NCBI GenBank assembly: GCA_964402955.1 | Contig: CAYOEZ010000003.1 | Location: 588 to 64,587 of the forward strand | Source: an uncultured Ktedonobacterales bacterium | GTDB taxonomy: Bacteria > Chloroflexota > DTOL01 > DAOUCN01 | Direction of reading: 5' to 3' | DNA length: 64,000 nt | Shown: positions 35,073 through 43,979 of the stretch, piece after piece | Position numbering within the stretch: the stretch's first letter is position 1 | Layout of the letters: every line of letters starts with the position of its first letter | The notes under the pieces: model-generated | The model's input: the letters and a program-made list of their open reading frames with translations, nothing else | Databases searched by the model: none | Told to the model about the DNA's origin: nothing | Program-made: the position numbers and the translations under genes

Positions 35073-35990
35073 ATGAAGCTTTCTGCACTGCCACGCGTAC
35101 CCATGATCAGCTTGAGAGGCGGACACCAGCGATCTCAGGAATTGACCGCCTATCTCTTCCTGGCTCCTGCGTTTCTTGGCCTGATGGTTTTCACATTCAT
35201 CCCGTTTCTGGCATCATTCTACTATAGCCTGACCGACTACAACGTCCTGTCGGCGCCTGTCTGGCGCGGGCTGGCGAACTACCAGAAGCTTTTCCAGAGC
35301 AAGATCTTCTGGAGGGCCCTCTGGAATACCTTCTACTACACAATTGGCACCATTCCGCCCAAGATGATCATTGGCCTGGCTCTGGCCATTATGCTCAACC
35401 GTGGTCTGCGTGGTATGTCGGTCTTCCGTGCCCTCTACTACCTGCCGGTTGTCACTGCGACCATTGCCGTCTCTGTGATCTGGCTCTGGATTTTCAACCC
35501 TAGCTACGGCCTGGCCAACATGATTCTCAATGCCATCGGCCTGCCCTCACAGACCTGGCTACTCAACCCAAAGCTGGCGATGCCCAGTTTGATGGTTCTT
35601 GGCGTTTGGAAATACATCGGTGGAACGATGATCATCTTTCTGGCCGGGTTGCAGGGTATTCCTGAGATGTACTATGAAGCGGCCAGTATTGACGGCGCCA
35701 CTCGCTGGCAGCAATTCCGCCACATCACGGTACCGATGCTTCAGCCGGCCACCTTCTTCAACTTTGTCACTCTAGCGATTGCCAGCTTCCAGGTCTTTGA
35801 GCAGATGTACATCATGACGGAAGGTGGTCCAGGATTTGCCACAACGACCTTGGTCTATGAAATCTACAGGGAGGCATTCGAGCGCTTTCATATGGGCTAT
35901 GCGTCCTCCCTTGCTGTTGTCCTTTTCGCTGTCGTTCTTGCCTTGACCATGGTCAACTTCAAGTTCGGTGGGTCAACATTCGAATATTGA
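35073..35990 (+). CDS. Sugar ABC transporter permease (MalF/CUT1-type)
   Basis: ATG at 35073 with an AGGGAGGA SD. EAA loop YYEAASIDGATRWQQFRHITVP. Confidence 0.9.
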   Translation: MKLSALPRVPMISLRGGHQRSQELTAYLFLAPAFLGLMVFTFIPFLASFYYSLTDYNVLSAPVWRGLANYQKLFQSKIFWRALWNTFYYTIGTIPPKMIIGLALAIMLNRGLRGMSVFRALYYLPVVTATIAVSVIWLWIFNPSYGLANMILNAIGLPSQTWLLNPKLAMPSLMVLGVWKYIGGTMIIFLAGLQGIPEMYYEAASIDGATRWQQFRHITVPMLQPATFFNFVTLAIASFQVFEQMYIMTEGGPGFATTTLVYEIYREAFERFHMGYASSLAVVLFAVVLALTMVNFKFGGSTFEY

Positions 35991-36011
35991 GCGAGGTAGA
36001 AGGGGAATGCT

Positions 36012-36923
36012 ATGCGTGTGATCACCCGCTCGCAGCCAGGTCATGTTTTCAGCCTTAAGGGAGCCCTCTACAACCTCTTGTACTATGCTGTGCTCTGCGC
36101 AGGGGCGGTGGTGATGTTTGCCCCATTTTTCTTTCTGGCCACCAGCTCGCTGAAGACGGATACCGAGGTTCTGATCTTCCCTCCCACGTTGATACCCAAG
36201 ATCTGGCAATGGAACAACTATCCCGATGTCTGGCAAAAGTACAATTTTGGCGTCTACTTCCTGAACTCGGCCTTCGTTACGCTTGGTCGCACAACCCTTA
36301 TCCTGTTTACCAGCACACTTGCCGCCTACACCTTTGCCCGCATGGAGTTCAGAGGACGCAATCTCTTCTTCATGCTATTTCTCTCCACGATGATGTTGCC
36401 CAGCCAGGTGACGCTCATTCCAGTGTATGTCATCATCAAACGCATGCCGTTCATGGGAGGCAACGATCTGTTCGGTGCGGGAGGGACAGGCCTGATCAAT
36501 ACCTACGCAGGGCTTATCATCCCGGGCTTTGTCTCTGCGACGGGCATCTTCTTGCTGCGAGAATTCATGCGCACGTTGCCGCGCGATCTGGACGATGCAG
36601 CGCGCATCGATGGCTGCGGAGAGTTTGGCATCTTCTACCGCATCATCCTACCGTTAACCAAGCCTGCCCTGGCTACTCTTGCCGTCCTGACATTCCAGGG
36701 CGTTTGGAATGATTTCCTATGGCCATTGCTGGTCGGACAGAAGAAGGAGTTGTGGACCCTGCAGGTGGCGCTGGCGCACATGCGCAGCAGCGTCTTGACG
36801 CAATCTGTGAGTTGGCCCCATATGCTGGCTGCCACAATGATCGCGACCTTGCCCATTATTGTTGTTTTCCTGTTTGCACAGCGCTACTTCATGCGCGGCA
36901 TTGCACTGACGGGCATGAAATAG
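36012..36923 (+). CDS. Sugar ABC transporter permease (MalG/CUT1-type)
   Basis: EAA loop LDDAARIDGCGEFGIFYRIILP. 6 TM. Confidence 0.9.
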   Translation: MRVITRSQPGHVFSLKGALYNLLYYAVLCAGAVVMFAPFFFLATSSLKTDTEVLIFPPTLIPKIWQWNNYPDVWQKYNFGVYFLNSAFVTLGRTTLILFTSTLAAYTFARMEFRGRNLFFMLFLSTMMLPSQVTLIPVYVIIKRMPFMGGNDLFGAGGTGLINTYAGLIIPGFVSATGIFLLREFMRTLPRDLDDAARIDGCGEFGIFYRIILPLTKPALATLAVLTFQGVWNDFLWPLLVGQKKELWTLQVALAHMRSSVLTQSVSWPHMLAATMIATLPIIVVFLFAQRYFMRGIALTGMK

Positions 36924-36944
36924 AAACAACTTCTGGAGGTCACA

Positions 36945-38303
36945 ATGAATACCATCCATGAAGAACCACGTGATATCCCCATCGCCGGCGATTTTGATAT
37001 CTGTGTCATCGGCGGCAGTTGTACCGGCGTGTTCGCGGCGCTACGAGCTGCCCAACTGGGAGCGAAGGTTGCCATCGTCGAAGGCAATGGTTTCTTCGGC
37101 GGCGTGGCCACGGCCAGTCTGGTCAGCATCTGGCACTCGATCTATAACACGACCTGTGAACAACAAATCATCGCTGGGCTGACCAGCGAATGCGTGGATC
37201 GGCTCAAGAAGCGCAACGCTGTCACCATCTATGATCGCGATGTCAGTCGCTATGCTGTGCTCAACACAGAAGAGCTCAAGATCGAGCTGGATGATATGGT
37301 TGTCGGCGCAGGCATCCGGCCATTCCTGCATACCTGGTTTGCTGCACCTATTATGAAGGAGGGGCGGCTCGTCGCCGTGGCCGTTGAGGACAAGACGGGC
37401 CGGCGGGCCATCAAAGCAGCCTACTTCATCGATGCCACCGGCGACGGCGATCTGATCGCCCGTATGGGGCTGCCCTGTTATGCCCGCGAGCGCGTGCAGC
37501 CGCCGACAACCTGCGCCATCATACGTGGTATCAAGGGCATCAAGCAGCAGATCCCCGGCTTCTCGTTTGCCCATGAAGTCTACAACCCCGCTTATCCCCA
37601 GCACCTGAAGAAAGGTTTTTTGTGGTATGCGGACGTGCCAGGCTCGGTCGATGACACAATGCTGGCCGGCACGCGCGTCTTCGGCGCTGATTGTAGCGAC
37701 GCTGACCAGCTTACGCAGGCCGAGATCGAGGGGCGGCGCCAGGTACGGGCAATCTGCGACATTCTGCGCGAGAATTTCCTGCCCGCAGGCATGAACCCGC
37801 TGGTGGCCCTGCCGGCGCGTATCGGCATTCGCGAGAGCCGGCACGCGGTCTGCCTCCATTCGGTAACGGAGCAAGAGGTCTTGACCGGCGAACGCTTCTC
37901 CGATGCCATCGCCAACGGCACCTACCGGGTGGACGTGCACCAGGCCGATGGCCCGGGCATCATTTTCCGCTACCTAGACGGCCGCGAGGAGTTTTCCACG
38001 TCAGACTTCGAGCATGAATGGCGGCGCTGGCGGCCAGAGACGCCGGATAACCCCACCTTCTACCAGATTCCCTACCGGGCGCTGGTGCCGCGAGGTCCAA
38101 GCAACGTGCTGGTGGCCGGCCGCCCGCTTGACGCCGACGAAGGTGCGTTCGGCGCCCTGCGCGTGATGGTCAACTGCAACCAGACCGGCGAGGCAGCAGG
38201 CGTCGCGTCCTACCTGGCGTTGAACAGCGGCGTTTCCGTGAGCGATGTTGACCCGGCCAAGCTGCGCGCAACAATGGCCAGGCAGGGCTCGATTATCGTC
38301 TAG
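36945..38303 (+). CDS. FAD-dependent oxidoreductase (FAD_oxidored-like), last gene of the sugar ABC operon
   Basis: Dinucleotide-binding motif DICVIGGSCTGVFAALRAAQLGAKVAIVE. Confidence 0.85.
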   Translation: MNTIHEEPRDIPIAGDFDICVIGGSCTGVFAALRAAQLGAKVAIVEGNGFFGGVATASLVSIWHSIYNTTCEQQIIAGLTSECVDRLKKRNAVTIYDRDVSRYAVLNTEELKIELDDMVVGAGIRPFLHTWFAAPIMKEGRLVAVAVEDKTGRRAIKAAYFIDATGDGDLIARMGLPCYARERVQPPTTCAIIRGIKGIKQQIPGFSFAHEVYNPAYPQHLKKGFLWYADVPGSVDDTMLAGTRVFGADCSDADQLTQAEIEGRRQVRAICDILRENFLPAGMNPLVALPARIGIRESRHAVCLHSVTEQEVLTGERFSDAIANGTYRVDVHQADGPGIIFRYLDGREEFSTSDFEHEWRRWRPETPDNPTFYQIPYRALVPRGPSNVLVAGRPLDADEGAFGALRVMVNCNQTGEAAGVASYLALNSGVSVSDVDPAKLRATMARQGSIIV

Positions 38304-38322
38304 AGACGCAGCCGGAAAGTCC
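38301..38322 (+). repeat. 22-bp repeat copy A (TAGAGACGCAGCCGGAAAGTCC). Starts at the TAG stop of the oxidoreductase.
   Basis: Inverted relative to copies B and C. 21/22 match to the reverse complement of B. Confidence 0.85.
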
Positions 38323-38453
38323 GTATTCCGGCGGTACCGTATGCTGGCGCCCCATCAGAGCATGGATTTGAGCCTGAGAACGACCCGGATCACCCACTTT
38401 GGCGCCGAAAAGGACTCGCAGACGATCAGTCATCGCCCACAAATTCTGACGAT

Positions 38454-38475
38454 GGAGTTTCCGGCTGCGTCTCTA
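38454..38475 (-). repeat. 22-bp repeat copy B (reads GGAGTTTCCGGCTGCGTCTCTA on the plus strand)
   Basis: Direct repeat of copy C (21/22). Inverted partner of copy A (131-nt loop). Confidence 0.85.
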
Positions 38476-38529
38476 CTAGCGTATCTGGCATCACGGGGCG
38501 CGATGTGGCGACACCACGACACGGGGACG

Positions 38530-38558
38530 TTGACAGTGCCATCGGAACATGATAGATT
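38530..38558 (+). promoter_or_regulatory. Promoter of the orphan gene (TTGACA-17-TAGATT)
   Basis: -35 at 38530-38535, -10 at 38553-38558. Confidence 0.5.
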
Positions 38559-38599
38559 ACGCATGCACAACGCGGTATCATGATCAATGGAGCACACAA

Positions 38600-39829
38600 A
38601 TGAGTCATAAGAAGAAGACCCCGGCCCATAAGCACACGAAGCCGCCGCAACACGCCGCCGAGTCATGGCAGGCTAAGGGGTGGAAACAGTATCTGCAGCG
38701 CACGTCTCCCCCTCCCACTGCCCCGGACTTGTCCCGCGCCCGCGTCACGGATGACGACCCCGATATGATCAGAGACATCCTACCCTTGATCACGACCAAG
38801 GGTAAGGGCGGCGACTCGACCATTAGCCTGTCAGAAGAGATCCTGTACAGCCTGGTCGCCAACGCCCACCTTGCCGATGAGCCAGAGTTCCAGGACCTCT
38901 TCTTCCAACCAATGGATTGCATTGAGACATGGGCCAAAGTGGCCACAGAGAAGGGTATCGATCCAGAATCGCTGCTCAAGATGGCGGAGGACGAACGCGC
39001 GGACAAGCAGGCGGAGCTGATGGCGGAATGCACCCAACGGCTTCTGACAAACGAGATGGCGCAAGATATCATTAAGCGGCTCACTGCCCTGCGGCTGCGC
39101 TTGAAGCAATCAGACAAGCAGGTCGAAGCGGCTCGCGTCTCCGCCCTGAAGTCGTTTCTGGGCATGGGAACAAGCAATAGCATTCTGTTAAGCACAGGTC
39201 TGGTTCAGGAGATTTTCGGGCGTAGCCTGGAGGCCGGCTTCGAGCTGGCCAGGTCCGTGGCCGAGGTGGGTGCAGGCAACCTCGACGACGAAACTCAGTT
39301 GCTAGAGAAGCCCAATGGATCACCACGTACCAGGGCGGCCGAGGCGCTCCTGAACAAGATTCCAGGCTTGCGCGGCTACCTGGAGAATCAGGCGGACAAG
39401 GCGTGGGACGAGGGACAGGAGGCCCTATTTGGAGGCCACCTGTTCCTCGGCATCTACTCCGACGAAGAAAAGAAACGTGCTCTCATACTCATCACGGATG
39501 CGATGGGCTATGACATGTCGCCGGGCATCCCCGACGAGGAGCGTGCGCCCAAGAAACTGCCCAAAGACGCGAAAAAACGCTTCATGGAGCGGTTGCACGA
39601 GTATATCACCGAGATTCTTACACATGAACGGCTCGAGCAATTGCGCGAGAGGATGGCTGTTCTTGAAAAGGACACTTCGTACGACCGCAAGTGGTTGCCT
39701 TTCGTCACCATGATAAGAGGCTACATGCAGGATAAGGATGCCGTGAAAAGCGAAATACCATTCCTTACCAACGCACTCTTGGGTGAGATGCGGCTCTTGG
39801 CCGAGGCTAAAGCAGGGAAGAAAGACTGA
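38600..39829 (+). CDS. Hypothetical all-alpha, Lys/Glu-rich protein, no family recognised
   Basis: ATG at 38600 with a GGAG SD. 409 aa. Basic N-terminus MSHKKKTPAHKHTKPP. Sits in a visibly AT-richer segment bracketed by the 22-bp repeats. Confidence 0.7.
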   Translation: MSHKKKTPAHKHTKPPQHAAESWQAKGWKQYLQRTSPPPTAPDLSRARVTDDDPDMIRDILPLITTKGKGGDSTISLSEEILYSLVANAHLADEPEFQDLFFQPMDCIETWAKVATEKGIDPESLLKMAEDERADKQAELMAECTQRLLTNEMAQDIIKRLTALRLRLKQSDKQVEAARVSALKSFLGMGTSNSILLSTGLVQEIFGRSLEAGFELARSVAEVGAGNLDDETQLLEKPNGSPRTRAAEALLNKIPGLRGYLENQADKAWDEGQEALFGGHLFLGIYSDEEKKRALILITDAMGYDMSPGIPDEERAPKKLPKDAKKRFMERLHEYITEILTHERLEQLRERMAVLEKDTSYDRKWLPFVTMIRGYMQDKDAVKSEIPFLTNALLGEMRLLAEAKAGKKD

Positions 39830-39992
39830 GCTTCCTTTTGGCCTGACCCTGGGGCCTGCCGCCTCCCTCTCCGGCGCTGGCCTGCGTGGGCGCGGCAGTA
39901 GCACCGAGTACGTCTATGACGGCATTGGCTGCGTGCACGTGACGACGGGCATCGGAACAACAGGGCGCATTCTCAACACCGAGTTGCACGTT

Positions 39993-40014
39993 GGAGTTTC
40001 CGGCTGCGTTTCTA
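39993..40014 (-). repeat. 22-bp repeat copy C. On the minus strand it starts at the TAG stop of cysE.
   Basis: GGAGTTTCCGGCTGCGTTTCTA on the plus strand. 40012-40014 is the cysE stop codon. Confidence 0.85.
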
Positions 40015-40731
40015 GATCACCACGCCGTCGCCGTCATCTGATGGAATCACATATTGATACGAGAGTGCTGGAATCTGGTGCAAGTGCTGGTTCTCGTATA
40101 GCACATGCACCTCGCTTTCGAGATGAGCAATGCGCGCCGTCAGATTCTGAATCACCTGCATCGTGGCATCGGGCATCATATTGTGCTGCAGGTCCACGCC
40201 ATCTTGCACCTTCATGCCATCGCGATAGGTCACACGGCCGGGTATGCCGGTCACCACAGAATCGCTGGGTACGTCCTTGACAACCACCGCGTTGGCGCCG
40301 ATGCGTGAGCGCGCGCCGATGCGAATCGGCCCCAGCACCTGCGCGCCCGCGCCCACCACCACATGATCCTCCAGCGTCGGGTGGCGCTTCTCCTTCCTCC
40401 AGCTTACCCCGCCCAGGGTCACGTTGTGGTACAGCGTGACATCGTCGCCGATCTCTGCGGTCTCGCCAATGACCGTTGCCATGCCGTGGTCAATGAAGAA
40501 ACCCGAGCCGATGGTTGCTCCGGGATGAATCTCGACGCCGGTCAGAAAGCGCCCCAGATGCGAGACCCAGCGCCCCAGGAAGTACAGCTTGTGCGTCCAC
40601 AGCCAGTGCGACAGGCGATACATCCACAGCGCATGCAACCCTGGATAGGAAAACAGGATGGCCATTGTGCTGCGCGCCGCGGGGTCACGCTCATAGATCA
40701 CCTTAATGTCACGACGAAGTGTTGATAACAT
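40012..40731 (-). CDS. cysE: Serine O-acetyltransferase
   Basis: [10 protein letters not shown].., hexapeptide repeats [18 protein letters not shown]...[12 protein letters not shown]. Confidence 0.95.
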   Translation of the reverse strand: MLSTLRRDIKVIYERDPAARSTMAILFSYPGLHALWMYRLSHWLWTHKLYFLGRWVSHLGRFLTGVEIHPGATIGSGFFIDHGMATVIGETAEIGDDVTLYHNVTLGGVSWRKEKRHPTLEDHVVVGAGAQVLGPIRIGARSRIGANAVVVKDVPSDSVVTGIPGRVTYRDGMKVQDGVDLQHNMMPDATMQVIQNLTARIAHLESEVHVLYENQHLHQIPALSYQYVIPSDDGDGVVI

Positions 40732-40874
40732 GAGACACCTCTCAGGTTAGAACGCTGACGAACGCAGATTCAGCGCAGACAAACGCTGCCGCCGTGATCG
40801 GCTGTGCCTGACGTCCTGGGACAAGATCAGGAAGGGTCAGGTCTGTCTGCGTTTTGTCAGCGTTCGTCAGATTT

Positions 40875-41834
40875 CTACTGTGCTGTCAGTGCAGCAGCAG
40901 CCTGGCGTAGCTCCTCGAACAGAAGCGTCGACAGGTAGCGCTCGCCGCACGATGGGATGATGACAACGATGAGTTTGCCCTTGTTTTCGGGCCGGCGCGC
41001 CACTTGCACCGCAGCATGGACGGCTGCACCGGACGAGATCCCAACCAATACACCCTCTTCTTTGGCCATGCGCCGGGCCATGATGAATGACTCGTCATTG
41101 GTCACTTGCACGACTTCATCGATGACAGCCATGTTCAGCACCTTGGGCACAAAGCCGGCGCCAATTCCCTGAATCTTGTGTGGCCCCGCCTTGCCGCCAG
41201 AGAGCACCGGCGACGCGGCCGGCTCAACGGCAATCGTCTTGAAGCCCGGCTTGCGCGCCTTGATGACCTCAGAAACCCCCGTGATCGTGCCCCCCGTACC
41301 CACTCCGGACACCAGAATATCGACTTTGCCGTCAGTATCGCGCCAGATCTCTTCGGCGGTGGCACGACGATGAATCTCCGGGTTAGCCGGGTTCTCAAAT
41401 TGCTGTGGGATCAGGTAGCGCGCATCGTTGGCAGCCATTTCCTGTGCCTTGCGAATGGTCCCGGACATGCCCTGCGCCCCGGGCGTCAGAATCAATTCGG
41501 CGCCATAGGCCATCAAAAGAATGCGCCGCTCCATGCTCATCGTATCAGGCATCACCAGGGTGCATTTATACCCTTTGGCCGCACAGACAAAGGCCAGGGC
41601 AATACCGGTGTTACCGCTCGTCGGCTCCAGAATAATCGTATCAGGGCCGATCTTCCCTGCTTTCTCCGCAGCCTCAATCATGCTGGCGCCAATACGATCT
41701 TTGACGCTGGATGCCGGGTTGTAGAACTCGAGCTTGGCCACAACGGTGGCCACGGCCCCATCGGTCACACGGTTCAGCCGCACCAGCGGCGTATTGCCGA
41801 CCAGATCAACTGCTGAATTCGCAATGCGTGCCAT
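40875..41834 (-). CDS. cysK: Cysteine synthase A (O-acetylserine sulfhydrylase)
   Basis: [22 protein letters not shown].., PLP lysine motif [14 protein letters not shown] loop. ATG at 41834 with an AGGAGGA SD. Confidence 0.95.
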   Translation of the reverse strand: MARIANSAVDLVGNTPLVRLNRVTDGAVATVVAKLEFYNPASSVKDRIGASMIEAAEKAGKIGPDTIILEPTSGNTGIALAFVCAAKGYKCTLVMPDTMSMERRILLMAYGAELILTPGAQGMSGTIRKAQEMAANDARYLIPQQFENPANPEIHRRATAEEIWRDTDGKVDILVSGVGTGGTITGVSEVIKARKPGFKTIAVEPAASPVLSGGKAGPHKIQGIGAGFVPKVLNMAVIDEVVQVTNDESFIMARRMAKEEGVLVGISSGAAVHAAVQVARRPENKGKLIVVIIPSCGERYLSTLLFEELRQAAAALTAQ

Positions 41835-41910
41835 AGTTCCAGGTCCTCCTCGTGAAACGATTAATGAATCGAGACGTCCGTTGTGTCGAACAGCGCGGGC
41901 GTCGCAGAAC

Positions 41911-42295
41911 ACAAAACAAAAACGCTTCTCGTCCAGGGGACGAGAAGCGTCGTGATACCACCCCTATGTGTTGCTGCCTCGCGGCCCGCAACCTCAGCCG
42001 GTCCGGTCGTCGAACGTACACCGACCAGATCGTGGCCTGTGATAACGGTGGCCGCCTGATCAGCCGGCATGGTCTGCCAGCCGCTCAGTTTCTTCCGACA
42101 CAGCGTACTTGGCAGTACTACACCCTGCCGTTCCGCCTGTAGCTCAGGGATGCACGCACGCCAACCCCAGGCCCCGATTCTCAGCGTTCCTCGGTTCTCT
42201 GTCGCCTGCTTGAGTCTGGCGTGCCCTTCCCGTCATCGCCTCTTGATATGTCCGCATCTGGCTGCACACTGCCAGACAACGGTCGTAATATGACC
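41911..42295 (-). promoter_or_regulatory. T-box leader (tRNA-sensing riboswitch) with intrinsic terminator, controlling cysK-cysE. Specifier read as UGC (Cys).
   Basis: On the minus strand: GCGAUGA..UGAGC K-turn pair, AGAGA box, specifier-loop UGC-A (complement of 42151-42154), T-box GGGUGGUAUCACGACG (41948-41963), then terminator ACGCUUCUCGUCC-CCU-GGACGAGAAGCGU plus UUUUUGUUUUG. Confidence 0.8.
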
Positions 42296-42301
42296 GCCAT
42301 G

Positions 42302-42330
42302 ATATTATCACGTTCATGGTCGATTGTCAA
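42302..42330 (-). promoter_or_regulatory. Promoter of the T-box/cysKE transcript (TTGACA-17-TAATAT)
   Basis: -35 at 42325-42330 and -10 at 42302-42307 on the minus strand. Confidence 0.65.
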
Positions 42331-42345
42331 GAGCAGTGTGACAAA

Positions 42346-42379
42346 AGCGCTGGGTGAACTGGCGTGTTCACCCAGCGCT
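42346..42379 (-). terminator. Intrinsic terminator (14-bp perfect stem AGCGCTGGGTGAAC / GTTCACCCAGCGCT, then TTTTG on the minus strand)
   Basis: 25 nt downstream of the small ORF stop, immediately upstream of the cysK promoter. Confidence 0.6.
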
Positions 42380-42403
42380 CAATAGTCATCGAACCCCGCG
42401 CAC

Positions 42404-42493
42404 TTATGCCCTCAGCAACCAGCGCAGAGCCAGCAGGATGCCCAGGACATACAACACAAACCGCTCCGGCGTCAGACCGGCCAATACCCTCAT
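42404..42493 (-). CDS. Candidate small hydrophobic protein (29 aa, MRVLAGLTPERFVLYVLGILLALRWLLRA)
   Basis: ATG preceded by GAGGAGGAGACGAG (strong SD) and followed by a strong terminator. One predicted TM. Below the ORF-track size cutoff. Confidence 0.35.
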   Translation of the reverse strand: MRVLAGLTPERFVLYVLGILLALRWLLRA

Positions 42494-42524
42494 CTCGTCT
42501 CCTCCTCTTGCGAGGTTCACGGTG

Positions 42525-42983
42525 CTACGTCTGCATGTCTACATGGGCCTCAGGAGTTCCACTGGCGAGCAGGATACGGCGAATCGTTTCCCGACCGATG
42601 GCCGGGGCAAGCCCTGATTCGGCCAAGTGCCGCTGCAAGGCGCTGAGCGTCCAGGAATGCATGGGCAAGCCCAGGCTCGCGGGGTCCGTCTGCGCAAGCT
42701 GCCACACCGTCTCGCGCTCCTCCTGGCCATAGATACGCGGCCGGCCCGACCGTGGCCGGTCAATCAGGCCATCGAGGCCCTGGGTGTTGAAGCGGCGGAT
42801 GCGCGTGCGCACGCTGTGATGATGCAGACCAAGATGCAGAGAGATGCGGGGGACTGTCCATTTCTGACTGGACAGCAAAATCACCTGTGCTCGCAGCGCG
42901 AGCATTTCTGAGGCCTGGCGCGCTGCTGCCCACTCCTTGAGGACGTGCTCCTCAGTTTCGGTCAACCTTCTGACCTGAATCAT
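42525..42983 (-). mobile_element. IS630-family transposase remnant (N-terminal HTH/wHTH part only, DDE domain missing)
   Basis: ..RISLHLGLHHHSVRTRIRRFNTQGLDGLIDRPRSGRP..WTLSALQRHL..ETIRRIL.. then premature end. ATG at 42983 with a GGAGG SD. Confidence 0.65.
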
Positions 42984-43525
42984 GACCTTCTTGCCTCCGC
43001 TCGTGTGTTGGACACTGCCGTGGTTTGTCGTCAACATAGTTATTAGCCAACACCAATGGTCCGTATTTTGTCGTCCATGTAACGCAGAATTGGTGTTATC
43101 CTCCTCAACTATACACGACGAACGACGGGCCAAAACGTGATTGCAAATCAGCTACTTTTTCCCGATACACCCTCCTTTCCCCAAAACTGCGGCAAGATGC
43201 AGCCTGGCGCAGCGCGACGCCCGCACAGACAGCGCGCAGACAGCGCGCTACAATTATGAATCTTATCGGACCTTTTATCCCATAAGAACTATACCATATT
43301 TATCGCCCTTTGTCCAGTATTTATCGGAGAAGTTCGCCGCTACTTGACAGCCCATGCCGTCTGTACTACACTGGAAGCATGAGAAGTGATAGTCATTGAT
43401 CTGAGCGCAGCCGTCGCTGCCGTTGAGCAGCAGACCGGATACCAGGTCGAGCAGCATTGGCTTGAGCTTTTTGGCCTCTGCCCCACATGCCGCCAAAAAG
43501 CACAGCAACAAGGAGGGTGAGCACG

Positions 43526-43834
43526 ATGCTTGTCGTCCATGTTCATGTCCACGTCAAGCTCGAGTCGGTCGAGGGCTTCAAGAAGGCGACCATTGAGAAT
43601 GCCGGCGAGAGTCTTAAAGAGGCGGGTGTGGCGCGCTTCGATGTCGTGCAAGAGATGGGGGGAGACGGTACGCGCTTTATCCTCGTCGAAGCCTACCGTT
43701 CAGCCGACGACGCCAATCATCACAAAGAGACGCCTCACTATCTGCGCTGGCGCGACACGGTGGCCGAGATGATGGCCGAGCCCCGGCGCAGTATCAAGTA
43801 TGCGCGCATCTACCCCGCGGACAAGGGGTGGTAG
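43526..43834 (+). CDS. Antibiotic-biosynthesis-monooxygenase (ABM) domain protein
   Basis: MLVVHVHVHVK..F..A...N....EAGV.RFDV.Q......FILVEAY.S.....HKETPHY..W. AGGAGGG SD. Confidence 0.8.
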   Translation: MLVVHVHVHVKLESVEGFKKATIENAGESLKEAGVARFDVVQEMGGDGTRFILVEAYRSADDANHHKETPHYLRWRDTVAEMMAEPRRSIKYARIYPADKGW

Positions 43835-43859
43835 TCGCTGAGGCCTGTGGAGTGTAGCT

Positions 43860-43925
43860 GTGGAGTGCGACGAATCCTTTCGTCGTTGGCACATAACCGC
43901 GACGAAAGGATTCGTCGCACTCCAC
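43860..43925. repeat. Perfect 26-bp inverted repeat (GTGGAGTGCGACGAATCCTTTCGTCG / complement). Each arm is itself a hairpin.
   Basis: Arms at 43860-43885 and 43900-43925. Flanked by extra direct copies of CTGTGGAGTG (43845, 43858) and CGTCGCACTCCACA (43913, 43940). Confidence 0.85.
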
Positions 43926-43979
43926 ATTGACCACAGGAGTCGTCGCACTCCACACTGCTATCCCGGCAGGGAGATAGTT

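Noticed and set aside
43270-43335. Three TTTATC-containing words resembling DnaA boxes (possible oriC)
   Set aside because: The matches to TTATCCACA are weak (at best 7/9). There is no dnaA/dnaN context and no AT-rich unwinding element. The region looks like IS-associated debris.
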